64,000 bases of DNA from Patescibacteria group bacterium (GTDB taxonomy: Bacteria; Patescibacteriota; UBA1384; XYA2-FULL-43-10; 1-14-0-10-43-13), in the NCBI GenBank assembly GCA_041649155.1, contig JBAZNP010000001.1, positions 558,869-622,868 of the forward strand, in the 5' to 3' direction. The notes beneath the pieces were generated by a model. It was not told where the DNA came from. It did no database searches and saw only the letters and a list, made by a program, of their open reading frames with translations. Made by a program: the position numbers and the translations under genes. Numbering within the stretch: the first letter of the stretch is position 1; each line of letters begins with the position of its first letter. Of this stretch, positions 61,034 through 64,000 are shown one piece after another.

Positions 61034-62047
61034 ATGGAATTGTTGATGATTTCGACTTATGATTTAACAAAAATGTTCTGGCTTGCATTGCTTGCTTTTA
61101 TAATAGCAATTGCATGGACGCCGATTTTAACTAATTTTTTATACAAAAATAAGATCGGAAAGAGGATCAGAAATGGCAAAGACACTCCGATTTTCTCAAA
61201 ATTGCATGAAAAGAAAAATGGGACTCCAACAATGGGTGGAATTTTAATATGGGTAACAGCGGCGATTTTGACTTTAATTTTCAATCTTGAACGAACTGCT
61301 ACATGGCTGCCTCTGTTTTGTTTGGTCTCCGTCGGAATTGTTGGAGCTGTTGATGATCTGTGGAATGTTCAAGGGAAAGGGCCAAATGGCGGAGGAATGC
61401 GTTTCAGGCAGAAATTCATCTTATATACTGCCATTGCAGCTGCTGGTGCATGGTGGTTTTATGAAAAATTGGGTTGGAATTCCATACATATTCCAAGTTC
61501 AGGAGATTTTGTAATTGGTCTTTGGTATGTTCCTCTTTTCATACTCGGGCTAGTTTGGATGGCTTTTTCTTCAAATGAAACCGATGGGCTTGATGGCTTG
61601 GCAGGTGGAATTTTTGCATTGTCATATGGAGCCTACGCTATAATTTGTTTAGTTGAAGGAAAGTCTGAATTAGCTGCTTTTTGCGCCACTATAATGGGCG
61701 GTCTTCTGGCATTTTTATGGTTTAACATTCCTCCAGCCCGCTTTTTTATGGGCGATACAGGTTCAATGGCACTAGGAATGACATTGGGCGTGATTGCCTT
61801 TTTAACTAATACAATTGTCATATTGCCGATCATTACAATTGTTTTCCTAATAGAAGGCTTAAGCTTCATAATTCAGTTTACTTCCAAAAAATTACGAAAC
61901 GGAAAAAAAGTCTTTTTATCATCGCCAATCCATCATCATTTTGAAGCGATAGGTTGGCCCGAGCATAAAATTACAATGCGTTTTTGGATTATTGGGGCGG
62001 TTGGGGCGGTAGCCGGCCTTATTTTAGCTATCGTTGGACGGGGATAG
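61034..62047 (+). CDS. mraY: Phospho-N-acetylmuramoyl-pentapeptide transferase
   Basis: 10-TM protein with DDxxN-like GAVDDLWN, NETDGLDGLA and MGDTGSMALG motifs. Confidence 0.95.
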   Translation: MELLMISTYDLTKMFWLALLAFIIAIAWTPILTNFLYKNKIGKRIRNGKDTPIFSKLHEKKNGTPTMGGILIWVTAAILTLIFNLERTATWLPLFCLVSVGIVGAVDDLWNVQGKGPNGGGMRFRQKFILYTAIAAAGAWWFYEKLGWNSIHIPSSGDFVIGLWYVPLFILGLVWMAFSSNETDGLDGLAGGIFALSYGAYAIICLVEGKSELAAFCATIMGGLLAFLWFNIPPARFFMGDTGSMALGMTLGVIAFLTNTIVILPIITIVFLIEGLSFIIQFTSKKLRNGKKVFLSSPIHHHFEAIGWPEHKITMRFWIIGAVGAVAGLILAIVGRG

Positions 62048-62085
62048 CCCTAGAAATATTAAGTAATTTGGCCTAGAATATAACT

Positions 62086-63516
62086 ATGAGCAATCTCGAT
62101 TTAAAAGATAAAAAGGTCGCTATTTTGGGGTTAGGCATTGAAGGCATGGCTCTTTTGAAGTATCTCGATGGCAAAACTTCAAATATAACTATTCTGGATC
62201 GTCTTTCTGTTTCGGAAATTATTCAAAATTTAGAAGAAGGCGAAAGAGCTGACGCAGAAAACCTGATCAGAAAATATAAAATCATATCCGGTGAAAAATA
62301 TATGGATGATCTTTCTGGTTTTGACGTAGTATTTCGTTCTCCTGGTATTTCCATTAACCATCCCAAATTACAAGAAGCTGAAGAAAAAGGTGCAATCATT
62401 TCCAGTCAGATTAAACTGTTTTTCGATCTTTGTCCGGCCATGATTATCGGCGTAACCGGAACTAAGGGAAAGGGAACGACTTCTTCTTTAATATTTGAAA
62501 TATTAAAGAAGAGTTCTCAGTTCTCAGTTCTCAGTTCTCAGTCAAATCCCAACGTTTATATTGCCGGCAATATTGGTTATCCTGCTATAACGTTGATACC
62601 TCAATTGAAAAGTGATGATATTGTCATACTTGAACTCTCTAGTTTTCAGTTGATGGATTTGGAAAAGAGTCCTCATATGGCGGTTGTCACCAACCTGACA
62701 GTTGATCATCTGGACTATCATAAAGATGTTGATGAATATCAAGATGCAAAGAAAAGTATCTTAAAATTTCAGAGCAAAAATGATTTCGCTGTATTGAATA
62801 GTGACTCAACATTTGATTCTGACTTTATTAATAATGAGACAAGATCCAGTATTAAATATTTTTCTCATACCGAAGATAAAGACGCCGTAGTTAAGGACGG
62901 AAAAGTAGTTTTGGATCCAAAAAACAAAAGTATTACGATTTGTGACGAAAATAATATCAAACTTTTTGGGCGGCATAATCTTGAAAATATTGCTGCAGCT
63001 TCCATTGTCGCTGAGATATTAGGAGTTGATTTTGATGTTATTAAAAAAGTTGTGGCTGAATTTAAAGGTCTGCCTCATCGTCTGGAGTTGGTTTCTGAGA
63101 TTGATGGCATCAAATTTATCAATGATTCTTTCGCCACTAATCCCGAACCAACAATTGCTGCTGTGGATTCATTTTCCGAAAATAAAGTTCTAATACTCGG
63201 CGGAAGCAGCAAAGGTGCAAATTTTGATGAATTATCAAAAAAAATTGTTAAGTCCAATGTTTCTAGTGTAGTGACAATTGGGATTGAGGGAGAAAAAATT
63301 GAAAATTCACTTAGTAAGAATAAGTATGACGGCACGATAATTCAAGGTGGAAATTCAATTGAAGAAATTATCGTTAATGCCAAAAAACTAGCAAAAAGTG
63401 GAGACGTTATTATTTTTTCTCCTGCCTGTGCCAGTTTTGATATGTTTAAAAATTATAAAGATAGAGGTGAGAAGTTTAAGGACAGTGTCCTTAAACTTCA
63501 GAATCATGAATCATGA
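62086..63516 (+). CDS. murD: UDP-N-acetylmuramoylalanine--D-glutamate ligase
   Basis: GLGIEG N-terminal Rossmann and GVTGTKGKGTT P-loop. Contains a (AGTTCTC)x4 heptanucleotide tract at ~62512-62541. Confidence 0.9.
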   Translation: MSNLDLKDKKVAILGLGIEGMALLKYLDGKTSNITILDRLSVSEIIQNLEEGERADAENLIRKYKIISGEKYMDDLSGFDVVFRSPGISINHPKLQEAEEKGAIISSQIKLFFDLCPAMIIGVTGTKGKGTTSSLIFEILKKSSQFSVLSSQSNPNVYIAGNIGYPAITLIPQLKSDDIVILELSSFQLMDLEKSPHMAVVTNLTVDHLDYHKDVDEYQDAKKSILKFQSKNDFAVLNSDSTFDSDFINNETRSSIKYFSHTEDKDAVVKDGKVVLDPKNKSITICDENNIKLFGRHNLENIAAASIVAEILGVDFDVIKKVVAEFKGLPHRLELVSEIDGIKFINDSFATNPEPTIAAVDSFSENKVLILGGSSKGANFDELSKKIVKSNVSSVVTIGIEGEKIENSLSKNKYDGTIIQGGNSIEEIIVNAKKLAKSGDVIIFSPACASFDMFKNYKDRGEKFKDSVLKLQNHES

Positions 63517-63589
63517 ATTAGGAATTAAGCAGGTTGTTTTATTCTTATCAAATACATGATTCATAATTCGTAATTCATTATTCTAAACC

Positions 63590-64000
63590 ATGAATCAAAC
63601 TCAAAAAACAAAACAGGATTATTTAATTTCTCTCGCTGTTTTTGCTTTGGCTGCTTTCGGTTTAATAATGATCTATTCTGTTTCGAAGTATTATTCATTA
63701 CAGGTAACCAACGAGGCCACAGATAAATATTTTCTTCTTAAACAGTTGAAATTTCTAATAGTAGGCATTTTCGCGTGGATGATTTTTCAGTCAATTGATT
63801 ACAGATTTTGGCAAAAAAAATCAGGTTTAATGCTTTTTATTACCTTTGGCCTACTTCTTTTGCCATTTTTACCTTTTGGCCATGGCGGCGGCGTGGGAGA
63901 AAGGTGGATAAACTTAGGATTTGTTAATTTTCAACCTTCTGAAGTTGCAAAATTAACCTTAATTTTTTATCTTGCCGGGTGGTTTTCAAGTCAGGGTGAA
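63590..64000 (+). CDS. ftsW: FtsW/RodA (SEDS) family protein, partial (3' truncated by window)
   Basis: MNQTQKTKQDYLISLAVFALAAFGLIMIYS... with multiple TM helices. Position after murD. Confidence 0.75.
   Translation, partial: MNQTQKTKQDYLISLAVFALAAFGLIMIYSVSKYYSLQVTNEATDKYFLLKQLKFLIVGIFAWMIFQSIDYRFWQKKSGLMLFITFGLLLLPFLPFGHGGGVGERWINLGFVNFQPSEVAKLTLIFYLAGWFSSQGE

Overview
This is a low-GC (~35%) bacterial chromosomal window, very gene-dense on both strands. Overall character looks like a Patescibacteria/CPR-like genome: tRNAs with encoded CCA, unlinked rRNA genes, many type IV pilin paralogs, a group 3 NiFe hydrogenase. That placement was not verified by any search.

Main content:
- **Hydrogenase and metabolism:** a minus-strand 4-gene NiFe hydrogenase (sulfhydrogenase-like, group 3b-type) operon at 642-4701, with a truncated downstream ORF at 1-626. 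Then glycolysis and housekeeping genes: pgk, class II fba, a PfkB kinase, an RHH-fused sugar nucleotidyltransferase, tig, an MFS transporter, clpP.
- **Pilins:** six tandem prepilin-type (type IV pilin-like) genes plus a Nif3-like gene at 13688-18299. A second minor-pilin/PilX-like trio sits at 32839-36271, and two more solitary pilins at 53745 and 55856.
- **rRNA:** 16S at ~18583-20045, 23S at ~42236-45062, 5S at ~45294-45412. 16S and 23S are separated by ~21.6 kb of protein-coding DNA. That segment carries the classic ITS tRNAs (Ile-GAU, Ala-UGC, plus Ala-CGC) on the opposite strand and is bracketed by ~75-bp direct repeats.
- **Genes inside the 16S-23S interval:** a PaaX/Cas2-fold regulator flanked by 38-bp repeats, a NUDIX hydrolase, iPGM, a peptide-type ABC substrate-binding protein, a frameshift-split histidine kinase, ddl, a tandem-duplicated CsrA, an orphan HydG-like radical SAM protein, a GxxExxY gene inside a TIR-bounded cassette, a GIY-YIG mini-nuclease, and three KGG/GsiB-like stress peptides.
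- **After 5S:** a 17-aa Cys-rich peptide, PadR, a HAD hydrolase, fpg, MacB-type ABC genes, idi, a GlmU-N-like protein, recO, a higher-GC YfiH-like gene, glyQS, and a dcw cluster (mraZ, ftsL-like, ftsI, murF, mraY, murD, ftsW) that lacks rsmH.
- **Repeats:** three repeat families are interleaved. (i) ~70-125 bp Correia-like MITEs with GTCATYCC...GGRATGAC termini. (ii) A 20-bp perfect GC-rich palindrome nested inside other repeats. (iii) 'AACAACAGATKAC...' TIR elements associated with the GxxExxY gene.
- No CRISPR array, integrase or transposase was seen.
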